NCBI GenBank assembly: GCA_964016885.1
Contig: CAXHJY010001563.1
Location: forward strand, 1 to 32,473
Source of the DNA: Eledone cirrhosa
Lineage: Eukaryota
Reading direction: 5' to 3'
Length of the DNA stretch: 32,473 bases
Below, piece by piece: positions 13,783 through 29,140 of the stretch; within the stretch, counting starts at the first letter, position 1; each line of letters opens with the position of its first letter. The position numbers and the translations under genes were made by a program. Below the pieces are notes generated by a model. That model was not told the DNA's origin and searched no databases. It saw only the letters and a program-made list of their open reading frames with translations.

Positions 13783-16700
13783 TCATCATCATCATCATCA
13801 ACGTTTAACGTCCGTGTTCCACGCTTGCATGAGTTTGGACGGGGGTAGTCCCACTTGAGGCAAGAGTGATTGTCTTGCTCGCATAGGACTGTCTGGCAGG
13901 TTTTCTACAGTTGGATGCCCTTCCTAACACCAACCACATTTACAGTGTGGGTCTGGGAGGTTTTTACCGTGTTGCCTACACGGCCACATTACAGCGTGGA
14001 CTGTGTGTTTTTTTGTCGTGACACCTACACGATCTCATTTGTTTCGGCCTGGATGGCGCGGCACCAACATAACTTTACATAGAACGGGGTGGTGTGGATG
14101 GGGTGGGGGTGGTGGCGGGACGGGGTGTATTTTGTTAGAGATGCCTACTGGCAAGGCGGGTCTTCTCTGTTACTGAGTACCGCCAAAGGTCACGGTCCAG
14201 TGACATTGTCTTGGAGAGGTGTAAGTGTGTGAGGTCGGAGTTTATCAGCTCATCCCATGTTTTTCTAGGTCTGCCTATTCCGTGGCTACCGTCTATCTTT
14301 ATTGCCCTGCACTTTGTAATGCAGCTATCGACTTTCATGCGCATCACGTGTCCATACCAACGCAGCCTTCTCTCGAGTAAACAACATCTGATCCCTCTTA
14401 TCTCTAATTTTTTCCTTAGTTCGTTTATGCTTTGCCGTTCACGTATATTACTGTTACACATCCAGCGGAGCATGCAAGCTTCGTTCCTCTCTAGTCTGCG
14501 TATATCCTCTGCACACAATGCCCAGGTCTCACTACCATGCAACATTGCTGTTCGTATGCAGGCATCGTACAACCTACCTTTCATTTTTAGGGAGAACCCT
14601 TTAGCAGCTAATAGTGGTATAAGCTCTCTGAACTTTTTCCAACCAGTTCTGACTCTAGCTACAGTACTTTCAGAGCACCCTCCCCCACTGCTGATTTTAT
14701 CGCCCAGGTAACGGAAGCTGTCCACTATTTCTATAGAACCCTCTGCGCAATTGAAAGAGCTAGTATTTTGTGGGCACTTGCTGCTACTTATTGCACCAGA
14801 AAACCGGCCACATGTAAAGTCTATGTTCTTAGTTAGCTTACCTGTGATCCCACTACATCTTTTATGCACCCATACTTTGCATTTAGGACATAAGATGGAG
14901 TTTCTACCTACGCCTTTCCTACATACCGAGCACGACCATTTCCCAGAAGGGACCGCCGCCTTGTTTTCTTTCCTACAAACTAGAACTTTGGTCTTAGCCA
15001 GGTTAATTTTAAGTCCTTTTGACTCTAGGCCGTGCTTCCATGTTTGGAATTTCTTCTCTAGCTCGGCCATTGATTCCGCTATGAGTGTCAGGTCGTCTGC
15101 GTATAGGAGTTCCCATGGGCAGCCTGTCTTGAACTCCTCTGTTATAGCCTGAAGGGCAATAATAAATAGTAGGGGGCTGAGAACAGAGCCCTGATGGACG
15201 CCAACTTTTACGCTAAACTCTTCACTATATTCGTTGTTAATTCTAACCTTGCTGACTGTTTCTTTATACATGGCTTGTATAGCCCTCACAAGCCATTCAT
15301 CAACGCCTAGTTTTCTAAGAGCCCACCAGATAATGGAGCGGGGGACTCTGTCGAAGGCTTTCTCCAGGTCGACAAAAGCTAAGTAGAGGGGTTTACCTTT
15401 AGCTAGGTACTTCTCCTGTAGTTGTCGTACTATGAAAAGAGCGTCTGTGGTGCTTTTGCCTGACACAAACCCGAACTGCATTTCATCTAGATCAATTCTC
15501 TCTCTGATTAGTTGCGCTATTACTTTTTCCGTGACCTTCATGACCTGGTCGATTAATTTAATGCCTCTATAGTTACTCCTATCTAGGGCGTCTCCTTTAC
15601 CCTTATAACAGTTAACGATGATGCTGCTATGCCAGTCCTTCGGAACAACCCCATTCTGTACGACTTGGTTAACTATGCGGGTGACCATGGTGTGTCCCAC
15701 CGTGCCAGATGCCTTCAGCATCTCAGCAACTATTTCCGAAGGCCCAGCCGCCTTACCAGTCTTCATATCCTTGATTGCCTTACTTATTATACTCCCCTCG
15801 ACTAACACTGCTGGTCCCTCTATCGGGTCGATAAGGGGGAGACTGTCTTTCTCCCATTTATTCTCCTCATTTAGTAGCCTTTCATAGTGACACTTCCAAG
15901 CTACCTTCTTATCAGTGTCAGTGATGGCAAGTATGCCATCATCGTTAAGTACACACTTCTCCCCGACAATATCACGGTTTTCCTTGACGCATTGCCTGAC
16001 AATCCTGAACACCTCACGTTTTTGGTCATCGCGTTGTAGAACATGCTTGAACTTTCTTTCCTCAGCTTCCCTTCTTGCTAAGTACACTTCTCTCCTAGCT
16101 TCCCTCCTGGCCACTTGATAGTCTACTCTACTTCCCCCATCCCGCCATACTTTCCAAGCCTGCTTTTTGGCCTTAATTGACCCCTCCACCCTATTGTTCC
16201 ACCACCATGTTACTCTCCTCCTGCCTACAGGCCTGCTCCAGCCACAGACTTCGTCTGTCGCCAACAGTAGGTTTGCTTTCAGAAATTTCCACTGTCCCTC
16301 TATATTGTCCGATTCTAGATGCTCTTCCTTACTGTCGAAAGCATCAAGTAATATGCTTTGAAATTTATTTCTGGCTGTGGGGTCCTTTAGTTTCCATATT
16401 TTCCTCCTGAGGATAGTCCTCTTCTGCTGTCGGGTGCGTCTCGTCCTGACTATGAGGTCGCTAATTATCAGTCTATGTTGGGAGGTGCATTCTTCATGGG
16501 GGAGGGATTTAGTGTTTACAACAGACACTCTGTCACGTCTTCTGGTAAGGATATAATCTACCTGGCTTGTGTGTTCCCCGGATCTATAGGTAATCAGGTG
16601 ATTGTCACGTTCTTTGAAGTTAGTGTTACAGATAGTTAGGTTATTTGCATCACAGTATTCCAGAATTCTGGAGCCTTCCTCATTTCTAGTACCAAACCCA

Positions 16701-17293
16701 TAGCCTCCATGGATTTCGTCATAGCCGTCACAATGTTGTCCAACGTGACCATTTAGGTCGCCTGCAATAATTATATAGTCACTGTCAGATATTTGGGAGG
16801 TAGTTAGCAACAGTGTCTCATAGAATCTGTCTTTTATAGTGCCGGGCAGTCCGGATTGGGGTGCGTACGCAGATATTACTGTCACCGTAGTTCTATTGAG
16901 GACAAGTCTTATTTTAATTATTCTGTCGTTCACTCTATTTACGTCTATTATCTTATCTGCCCACTTTTCTGCTACCATGATTCCTACTCCACCCAGCCCA
17001 TCGTCGTTTCCCACCCAGAAAAGCTTATAACATCTTTTTTTACCCTCAATGAATCTAGCAGACCCACCCCTCCACCTGGTCTCTTGAATACAATAAACAT
17101 CGACCTCCTTACGTTCAAGCATTTCTACAACCTCGTTAGCGCGACCCTTTAGGGTGCCTACATTTATGGTACCAACTCTGAAGTTTTGGGTTGCGTTTGG
17201 AGGGTGGGGGTGGTGGGGGGCGGGAGGAGATAGGGTTATGTTAGCCATCCGCGGACGAAACATAGAGGAGTGCTCGCATTCTCGTCCACGAGG
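13783..17293 (-). mobile_element. RTE-clade non-LTR retrotransposon (LINE 1), complete 3' end, 5' UTR mostly missing
   Basis: Single APE-RT ORF and a ~335-nt 3' UTR ending in the stem-loop CCGT..TCATGC-AA-GCGTGG..ACGG, then ACGTTAAACGT and a (TGA)6 tail (13783-13800). Only ~30 nt lie upstream of the first ATG before the microsatellite resumes. Confidence 0.93.
14135..17263 (-). CDS. RTE ORF: APE endonuclease + reverse transcriptase + PHD-like finger (1042 aa from ATG 17263; alternative ATG 17248)
   Basis: Genuine C-terminal part of track ORF 14135..20989. APE motifs: [40 protein letters not shown] motifs: [44 protein letters not shown]-terminal [17 protein letters not shown]. No stops or frameshifts. 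Confidence 0.93.
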   Translation of the reverse strand: MFRPRMANITLSPPAPHHPHPPNATQNFRVGTINVGTLKGRANEVVEMLERKEVDVYCIQETRWRGGSARFIEGKKRCYKLFWVGNDDGLGGVGIMVAEKWADKIIDVNRVNDRIIKIRLVLNRTTVTVISAYAPQSGLPGTIKDRFYETLLLTTSQISDSDYIIIAGDLNGHVGQHCDGYDEIHGGYGFGTRNEEGSRILEYCDANNLTICNTNFKERDNHLITYRSGEHTSQVDYILTRRRDRVSVVNTKSLPHEECTSQHRLIISDLIVRTRRTRQQKRTILRRKIWKLKDPTARNKFQSILLDAFDSKEEHLESDNIEGQWKFLKANLLLATDEVCGWSRPVGRRRVTWWWNNRVEGSIKAKKQAWKVWRDGGSRVDYQVARREARREVYLARREAEERKFKHVLQRDDQKREVFRIVRQCVKENRDIVGEKCVLNDDGILAITDTDKKVAWKCHYERLLNEENKWEKDSLPLIDPIEGPAVLVEGSIISKAIKDMKTGKAAGPSEIVAEMLKASGTVGHTMVTRIVNQVVQNGVVPKDWHSSIIVNCYKGKGDALDRSNYRGIKLIDQVMKVTEKVIAQLIRERIDLDEMQFGFVSGKSTTDALFIVRQLQEKYLAKGKPLYLAFVDLEKAFDRVPRSIIWWALRKLGVDEWLVRAIQAMYKETVSKVRINNEYSEEFSVKVGVHQGSVLSPLLFIIALQAITEEFKTGCPWELLYADDLTLIAESMAELEKKFQTWKHGLESKGLKINLAKTKVLVCRKENKAAVPSGKWSCSVCRKGVGRNSILCPKCKVWVHKRCSGITGKLTKNIDFTCGRFSGAISSSKCPQNTSSFNCAEGSIEIVDSFRYLGDKISSGGGCSESTVARVRTGWKKFRELIPLLAAKGFSLKMKGRLYDACIRTAMLHGSETWALCAEDIRRLERNEACMLRWMCNSNIRERQSINELRKKLEIRGIRCCLLERRLRWYGHVMRMKVDSCITKCRAIKIDGSHGIGRPRKTWDELINSDLTHLHLSKTMSLDRDLWRYSVTEKTRLASRHL

Positions 17294-20200
17294 TGTATAT
17301 ATATATATATATGTATGTATGTGTATATATATATATATGTATGTATGTGTATATATATATATGTATGTATGTGTATATATATATATGTATGTATGTGTAT
17401 ATATATATATGTATGTATGTGTATATATATATATGTATGTATGTGTATATATATATATGTATGTATGTGTATATATATATATGTATGTATGTGTATATAT
17501 ATATATGTATGTATGTGTATATATATATATGTATGTATGTGTATATATATATATGTATGTATGTGTATATATATATATGTATGTATGTGTATATATATAT
17601 ATGTATGTATGTGTATATATATATATGTATGTATGTGTATATATATATATGTATGTATGTGTATATATATATATGTATGTATGTGTATATATATATATGT
17701 ATGTATGTATGTGTATATATATATATGTATGTATGTGTATATATATATATGTATGTATGTGTATATATATATATGTATGTATGTATGTGTATATATATAT
17801 ATATGTATGTATGTGTATATATATGTATGTATGTGTATATATATATATGTATGTATGTATGTGTATATATATATGTATGTATGTATGTGTATATATATAT
17901 ATGTATGTATGTATGTGTATATATATATATGTATGTATGTATGTGTATATATATATATGTATGTATGTATGTGTATATATATATATGTATGTATGTATGT
18001 GTATATATATATATGTATGTATGTATGTGTATATATATATATGTATGTATGTATGTGTATATATATATATGTATGTATGTATGTGTATATATATATATGT
18101 ATGTATGTATGTGTATATATATATATGTATGTATGTATGTGTATATATATATATGTATGTATGTATGTGTATATATATATATGTATGTATGTATGTGTAT
18201 ATATATGTATGTATGTGTATATATATATATGTATGTGTATATATATATATGTATGTGTATATATATATATGTATGTGTATATATATATATGTATGTGTAT
18301 ATATATATATGTATGTGTATATATATGTATGTATGTGTATATATATATATGTATGTATGTGTATATATATATATGTATGTATGTGTATATATATATATGT
18401 ATGTATGTGTATATATATATATATGTATGTATGTGTATATATATATATGTATGTATGTGTATATATATATATGTATGTATGTGTATATATATATATATGT
18501 ATGTATGTGTATATATATATATGTATGTATGTGTATATATATATATGTATGTATGTGTATATATATATATATGTATGTATGTGTATATATATATATATGT
18601 ATGTATGTGTATATATATATATATGTATGTATGTGTATATATATATATATGTATGTATGTGTATATATATATATATGTATGTATGTGTATATATATATAT
18701 GTATGTATGTGTATATATATATATATGTATGTATGTGTATATATATATATATGTATGTATGTGTATATATATATATATGTATGTATGTGTATATATATAT
18801 GTATGTATGTGTATATATATATGTATGTATGTGTATATATATATATATGTATGTATGTGTATATATATATATATGTATGTATGTGTATATATATATATAT
18901 GTATGTATGTGTATATATATATATATGTATGTATGTGTATATATATATATATGTATGTATGTGTATATATATATATATGTATGTATGTGTATATATATAT
19001 ATATGTATGTATGTGTATATATATATATGTATGTATGTGTATATATATATATATGTATGTATGTGTATATATATATATATGTATGTATGTGTATATATAT
19101 ATATATGTATGTATGTGTATATATATATATATATGTATGTATGTGTATATATATATATATGTATGTATGTGTATATATATATATATGTATGTATGTGTAT
19201 ATATATATATATGTATGTATGTGTATATATATATATATGTATGTGTATATATATATATATGTATGTATGTGTATATATATATATATGTATGTATGTGTAT
19301 ATATATATATATGTATGTATGTGTATATATATATATATGTATGTATGTGTATATATATATATATGTATGTATGTGTATATATATATGTATGTATGTGTAT
19401 ATATATATATGTATGTATGTGTATATATATATATGTATGTATGTGTATATATATATATATGTATGTATGTGTATATATATATATATGTATGTATGTGTAT
19501 ATATATATGTATGTATGTATGTGTGTATATATGTATGTATGTATGTGTGTATATATATATGTATGTATGTATGTGTGTATATATATATGTATGTATGTAT
19601 GTGTGTATATATATATGTATGTATGTATGTGTGTATATATATATGTATGTATGTATGTGTGTATATATATATGTATGTATGTGTGTATATATATATGTAT
19701 GTATGTGTGTATATATATATGTATGTATGTGTGTATATATATATGTATGTATGTGTGTATATATATATGTATGTATGTGTGTATATATATATGTATGTAT
19801 GTGTGTGTATATATATATGTATGTATGTGTGTATATATATATGTATGTATGTGTGTGTGTATATATATATGTATGTGTGTGTGTATATATATATGTATGT
19901 GTGTGTGTATATATATATGTATGTATGTATGTGTATATATATATGTATGTATGTATGTGTATATATATATATATGTATGTATGTGTATATATATATATAT
20001 GTATGTATGTGTATATATATATATATGTATGTATGTGTATATATATATATATGTATGTATGTGTATATATATATATATGTATGTATGTGTATATATATAT
20101 ATATGTATGTATGTGTATATATATATATGTATGTATGTGTATATATATATATATGTATGTATGTGTATATATATATATATGTATGTATGTGTATATATAT

Positions 20201-20834
20201 ATATATGTATGTATGTGTATATATATATATATGTATGTATGTGTATATATATATATATATGTATGTATGTGTATATGTATGTATATGTATGTATATGTAT
20301 GTATATGTATGTATGTGTATATATATGTATGTATGTATGTGTGTATATATATATATATGTATGTATGTGTGTATATATATATATATATGTATGTATGTGT
20401 GTATATATATATATATGTATGTATGTGTGTGTATATATGTATGTATGTATGTATGTGTGTATATATATATATATGTATGTATGTATGTGTGTATATATAT
20501 ATATATGTATGTATGTATGTGTGTATATATATATGTATGTATGTATGTGTGTATATATATATATATGTATGTATGTGTGTATATATATATATATGTATGT
20601 ATGTGTGTATATATATATATATGTATGTATGTGTGTATATATATATATATGTATGTATGTGTGTGTATATATATATATATGTATGTATGTGTGTGTATAT
20701 ATATATATATGTATGTATGTGTGTGTATATATATATATATGTATGTATGTGTGTGTATATATATATATATATGTATGTATGTGTGTGTATATATATATAT
20801 ATATGTATGTATGTATGTGTGTATATATATATAT
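17294..20834. repeat. Compound microsatellite/minisatellite with 24-28-bp units of GTATGTATGTGT(AT)n type
   Basis: Perfect 24-bp unit GTATGTATGTGTATATATATATAT at ~17340-17700, drifting to 26- and 28-bp variants. Confidence 0.98.
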
Positions 20835-21442
20835 GTCAGGTCACCAGTTGGTGCTACTGGTAACATGTATCCCAGTACAACCTGTCCCATGGTCGGGTCG
20901 TTGGCGACTAAACTGGCAACCCCACCAAGGTTTCTTGGTGAGGAGGGTGACTTTGGACATCCTGCAGGACTAAAAACAAAACCTGTCAAAGGGCAAAGGA
21001 GCTCTTAAGAGTCAATGGCCATCCAAAATCACTGGGAGAGATGACCCCTTAGCCTTTGTCAAGGCAGAATTCTAGGAGAAGGAAAACTCTGATATAACAC
21101 CTGCAACCCTGATGGTATCCAATGATGTTGACTTGTTCTTCTTTTTGGTAAATATCATCTTGGTTAAGAGAGTGGGACTGGCTTTGTGCAGTGCCTTTGC
21201 TCACTATAAAAGCTTCACGGCACAGGCATTGCTTTATATCTGGAGATCCCTCTGCACTTGTCGTCACATGGTACCATGGGCCCAGCACTATGTGTCAGTA
21301 ATTGTCACAAGTGTAGTGTTTGTACCAGAGTTTTCAAGTCGCTGGCTGGACTAAAAAGTCACACTCGTTCAGCGCATCGGTAGGGGTTCTCCTACATGGA
21401 TATAAAGTAGTGGCCGTACTCGAAAACGAGTTGGCAGCCACC
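20835..21442 (+). mobile_element. Non-autonomous bipartite RTE-derived retroposon, copy 3 (subfamily A)
   Basis: A-diagnostic sites: CCAGTTGG, GTCGTCAC, CACTATGTGTCAGTAA, GCGCAT, CCACCATA. Shared with copy 1. Confidence 0.85.
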
Positions 21443-24444
<3,002 letters not shown>

Positions 24445-24838
24445 TCATCATCATTATCAACGTTTAACGTCCGTGTTCCACGCTTGCATGGGTTTGGACG
24501 GGGGTAGTCCCACTTGAGGCAAGAGTGATTGTCTTGCTCGCATAGGACTGTCTGGCAGGTTTTCTACAGTTGGATGCCCTTCCTAACACCAACCACATTT
24601 ACAGTGTGGGTCTGGGAGGTTTTTACCGTGTTGCCTACACGGCCACATTACAGCGTGGACTGTGTGTTTTTTTGTCGTGACACCTACACGATCTCATTTG
24701 TTTCGGCCTCGATGGTGGGACGGGGTGTATTTTGTTAGAGATGCCTACTGGCTGGAGTATGTTTTACTATATATTTAGGTAAGGCGGGTCTTCTCTGTTA
24801 CTGAGTACCGCCAAAGGTCTCGGTCCAGTGACATTGTC
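24445..24838 (-). mobile_element. 5'-truncated remnant of the LINE 1 RTE family (3' UTR plus last codons)
   Basis: Nearly identical to 13786-14210 except for a 59-bp deletion, a 28-bp insertion (24753-24780) and a few substitutions. (TGA)n-type tail at 24445-24459. Confidence 0.92.
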
Positions 24839-24842
24839 ACTG

Positions 24843-24887
24843 TATGTATGTATATTGTCACTGTATGTATGTATATATATATGTATG

Positions 24888-24961
<74 letters not shown>

Positions 24962-25227
24962 TGTATGTATATATATATGTATGTATATATATATGTATGT
25001 ATATATATATGTATGTATATATATATGTATGTATATATATATGTATGTATATATATATGTATGTATATATATATGTATGTATATATATATGTATGTATAT
25101 ATATATGTATGTATATATATATGTATGTATATATATATGTATGTATATATATATGTATGTATATATGTATGTATATATGTATGTATATATGTATGTATAT
25201 ACGTATGTATATATGTATGTATGTATG

Positions 25228-25261
<34 letters not shown>

Positions 25262-25307
25262 TGTATGTATGTATGTATGTATGTATGTATGTATGTATGT
25301 ATGTATA

Positions 25308-25338
<31 letters not shown>

Positions 25339-25807
25339 GTGTGTGTATATATATGTATGTATATGTATGTATGTATGTATATATATGTATGTGTGTGTGT
25401 GTGTATGTATGTATATGTATGTATGTATGTATGTATATATATGTATGTGTATGTATGTATGTATGTATATATATGTATGTATATGTATGTATGTATATAT
25501 ATGTATGTATATGTATGTATGTATGTATATATATGTATGTATATGTATGTATGTATGTATATGTATGTATATGTATGTATGTATGTATATATATGTATGT
25601 GTATATATATATATGTGTGTATATATATATAGGTATGTGTATATATATATAGGTATGTGTATATATATATAGGTATGTGTATATATATATAGGTATGTGT
25701 GTATATATATATAGGTATGTGTGTATATATATATAGGTATGTGTATATATATATAGGTATGTGTATATATATATAGGTATGTGTATATATATATAGGTAT
25801 GTGTATG

Positions 25808-25868
<61 letters not shown>

Positions 25869-25901
25869 GTATGTATGTATATGTATGTATATGTATGTAT
25901 G

Positions 25902-25933
<32 letters not shown>

Positions 25934-26554
25934 TATATATATATATGTATGTATATATGTATATATATATATATGTATGTATATATGTATATATATATAT
26001 ATGTATGTATATATGTATATATATATATATGTATGTATATATGTATATATATATATATGTATGTATATGTATGTATGTATGTATATGTATGTATGTATGT
26101 ATATATGTATATATATATATATGTATGTATATGTATGTATGTATGTATATGTATGTATGTATGTATATGTATGTATATATGTATATATATATATGTATGT
26201 ATATGTATGTATGTATGTATATGTATGTATGTATGTATGTATATATATATGTATGTGTATGTATGTATGTATATATATATGTATATGTATATGTATATAT
26301 ATATGTGTATATGTATATATGTGTATATGTATATGTATATATATATATGTATATGTATATATATATGTATATATATGTATGTATGTATATGTATGTATGC
26401 ATGTATATGTATGTATATGTATGTATGTATATGTATGTGTATATGTTATGTATGTATGTATGTATATGTATGTGTATATGTATGTATGTATGTATATGTA
26501 TGTATATATATGTGTATGTATGTATATATGTATGTATATATATGTGTATGTATG

Positions 26555-26587
<33 letters not shown>

Positions 26588-27095
26588 GTATGTACATATA
26601 TATGTATATATGTATGTACATATATATGTATATATGTATGTACATATATATGTATATATGTATGTACATATATATGTATATATGTATGTACATATATATG
26701 TATATATGTATGTACATATATATGTATATATGTATGTATATATATGTATGTACATATATATGTATATATGTATGTACATATATATGTATATATGTATGTA
26801 TATGTATGTATATATGTATGTGTATATGTATGTATATATGTATGTATATATATGTATATATGTATGTATATGTATATGTATGTGTATGTATATGTATGTA
26901 TATATGTATGTATATATATGTATATATGTATGTATATATATGTATATATGTATGTATATATATGTATATATGTATGTATATATATGTGTATATGTATGTA
27001 TATATATGTATATATATGTGTATATGTATGTATATGTATGTATATATGTATGTATATATGTATGTATATATGTATGTATATATGTATGTATATAT
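24843..27095. repeat. Compound microsatellite with local variant units (16 bp; 20-22 bp with AGG at ~25630-25800; 24 bp with TACA at ~26590-26780)
   Basis: Direct reading of the sequence. Confidence 0.97.
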
Positions 27096-27694
27096 GTCAG
27101 GTCACCACTTGGTGCTACTGGTAACATGTATTCCATTACAACCTGTTCCATGGTCGGGTCGTTGGCGACTAAACTGGCAACCCCACCAAGGTTTCTTGGT
27201 GAGGAGGGTGACTTTGGACATCCTGCAGGACTAAAAACGAAACCTGTCAAAGGGCAAAGGAGCTCTTAAGAGTCAATGGCCATCCAAAATCACCGGGAGA
27301 GATGACCCCTTAGCCTTTGTCAAGGCAGAATTCTAGAAGGAAAACTCTGATATAACACCTGCAACCCTGATGGTATCCAATGATGTTGACTTGTTCTTCT
27401 TTTTGGTAAATATCATCTTGGTTAAGAGAGTGGGACTGGCTTTGTGCAGTGCCTTTGCTCACTATAAAAGCTTCACGGCACAGGCATTGCTTTATATCTG
27501 GAGATCTCTCTGCACTTGTCCTCACATGGTACCATGGGCCCAGCACTGTGTCAATAATTGTCACGGGTGTAGTGTTTGTACCAGAGTTTTCAAGTCGCTG
27601 GCTGGACTAAAAAGTCACACTCGTTCAGCGCTTCGGTAGGGGTTCTCCTACATGGATATAAAGTAGTGGCCGTACTCGAAAACGAGTTGGCAGC

Positions 27695-27697
<3 letters not shown>
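27096..27697 (+). mobile_element. Non-autonomous bipartite RTE-derived retroposon, copy 4 (subfamily B)
   Basis: Shares all B-diagnostic sites with copy 2. Has a private 3-bp deletion (TTCTAGAAGG) and several substitutions. Followed by (TA)n at 27698-27731. Confidence 0.85.
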
Positions 27698-27731
<34 letters not shown>

Positions 27732-27732
<1 letters not shown>

Positions 27733-27802
27733 TAGCGGAGCTACCCGGCTTCGCTCAGTGTTAAAAAGCTTATTTAGAAAAGAATAATATTAACATTTTA
27801 AT
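27732..27802 (-). mobile_element. Helitron 3'-terminal fragment (71 bp)
   Basis: Identical to 10883-10953 (CTAGCGGAGCTACCCGGCTTCGCTCAGTG...AACATTTTAAT), after which the microsatellite resumes. Confidence 0.9.
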
Positions 27803-27827
27803 GTATATATATATGTATATATATATG

Positions 27828-27866
<39 letters not shown>

Positions 27867-27873
27867 GTATATA

Positions 27874-28866
27874 TACCATGCGACCCTCAGTTCCTACCCC
27901 CCCCCCCCCCTCTATGCACTTCTTTAAGGCTTACTACCCTGTCTTTAACCTAATTCATTCAATCTGAAAATATTGAAGAGATAAGACACTTTGCCATTCT
28001 TCTCTGCTAAAATGTACCAGTAGAGCTGATTCAAATTTTCCCAGCCAGCCATCCACCTAATCTACGAAGGTATTTTAGCCTACATATTGTCGTTAATATT
28101 ATGATGTTCCCTGCTGTATTAGCGTTAAATTTTCCCTGCTGTATTAGCGATAAATTTTCGAGGGTTTCTCTTAGTAGCTTTTTCATGTCGTTAATATTAT
28201 GATGTTCCCTGCTGTATTAGCGTTAAATTTTCCCTGCTGTATTAGCGATAAATTTTCGAGGGTTTCTCTTAGTAGCTTTTTTCATGACGTTATTATTGTT
28301 AATTTTACTGATGTAGTATTAACTTATTAACTTGGATATTTACCATGCGGTATTCTAATCCTATTGTATCTCTCTCAGTTATTTACCATGCGACCCTCAG
28401 TTCCTACCCCCCCCCCCCTCTATGCACTTCTTTAAGGCTTACTACCCTGTCTTTAACCTAATTCATTCAATCTGAAAATATTGAAGAGATAAGACACTTT
28501 GCCATTCTTCTCTGCTAAAATGTACCAGTAGAGCTGATTCAAATTTTCCCAGCCAGCCATCCACCTAATCTACGAAGGTATTTTAGCCTACATATTGTCG
28601 TTAATATTATGATGTTCCCTGCTGTATTAGCGTTAAATTTTCCCTGCTGTATTAGCGATAAATTTTCGAGGGTTTCTCTTAGTAGCTTTTTCATGTCGTT
28701 AATATTATGATGTTCCCTGCTGTATTAGCGTTAAATTTTCCCTGCTGTATTAGCGATAAATTTTCGAGGGTTTCTCTTAGTAGCTTTTTTCATGACGTTA
28801 TTATTGTTAATTTTACTGATGTAGTATTAACTTGGATATTTACCATGCGACCCTCAGTTCCTACCT
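27874..28866. repeat. Nested tandem repeat: 510/457-bp units containing 98-bp doublets containing 25-bp doublets
   Basis: TACCATGCGACCCTCAGTTCCTACC starts at 27874, 28384 and 28841. TGTCGTTAATATTAT starts at 28088 and 28186. CCCTGCTGTATTAGCG(T/A)TAAATTTT is doubled within each 98-mer. Confidence 0.93.
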
Positions 28867-28874
28867 CACAATTC

Positions 28875-28940
28875 CCCCCCCCCCCCCCCCCCCCCCCCAC
28901 CCCCACACACCACCCCCACACACCACCCCCACACACCACC
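28875..28940. repeat. Poly-C and (CCCCCACACACCA)n tract; G-quadruplex-prone on the minus strand
   Basis: Direct reading. Lies immediately upstream of the LINE 2 leader. Confidence 0.8.
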
Positions 28941-29140
28941 ATAGTCTATTCGACCAATCAAACCTAGCATGCCATTTCCACTGCTGCTGCTGCTACTACC
29001 TGCCTAACTAACTCTCTCCTCGCATCCCAACACACCCTGCCATTACCCCACCACCACTGTCCTTCTAGCCCTCAATTTTCCCACCGTTAGGGATGGATGA
29101 GCTGGGAATACACGAGCAACTCTGAATCAATAGATGAAAT

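Noticed and set aside
14211-17152. Short ORFs antisense to the RTE and helicase ORFs, and short ORFs in the retroposon copies
   Set aside because: These are shadow frames of real coding sequence or of repeated non-coding DNA. They have no independent motifs apart from the C2H2 remnant already reported.
13577-17340. Target-site duplications for the LINE and retroposon insertions
   Set aside because: The flanks are low-complexity microsatellite, so any apparent match is uninformative.
17264-20989. N-terminal ~1240 aa of the 2284-aa track ORF as a giant fusion protein
   Set aside because: It is antisense retroposon plus stop-free microsatellite that happens to be in frame with the RTE ORF. LINE 2 shows that the real protein starts shortly before VGTINVG.
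20835-20990. Canonical HDV-like, twister or hammerhead ribozyme in the retroposon 5' end
   Set aside because: A P1-like helix and CUAA motifs exist, but I could not place the L3 pyrimidines/P1.1. GAGGAGGG lacks the twister UAA and GUCCCAAGC partners, and there is no CUGAUGA...GAAA core. Kept only as an open structural candidate.
24753-24780. 28-bp insertion containing GTATGT...TTTAG as a micro-intron
   Set aside because: The GT-AG span is only 22 nt, lies antisense to the element and does not coincide with the insertion borders. More likely repair filler DNA.
27874-28866. CRISPR-like array (25-bp repeats)
   Set aside because: The intervening sequences are themselves duplicated rather than unique spacers, there are no cas genes, and the context is eukaryotic.
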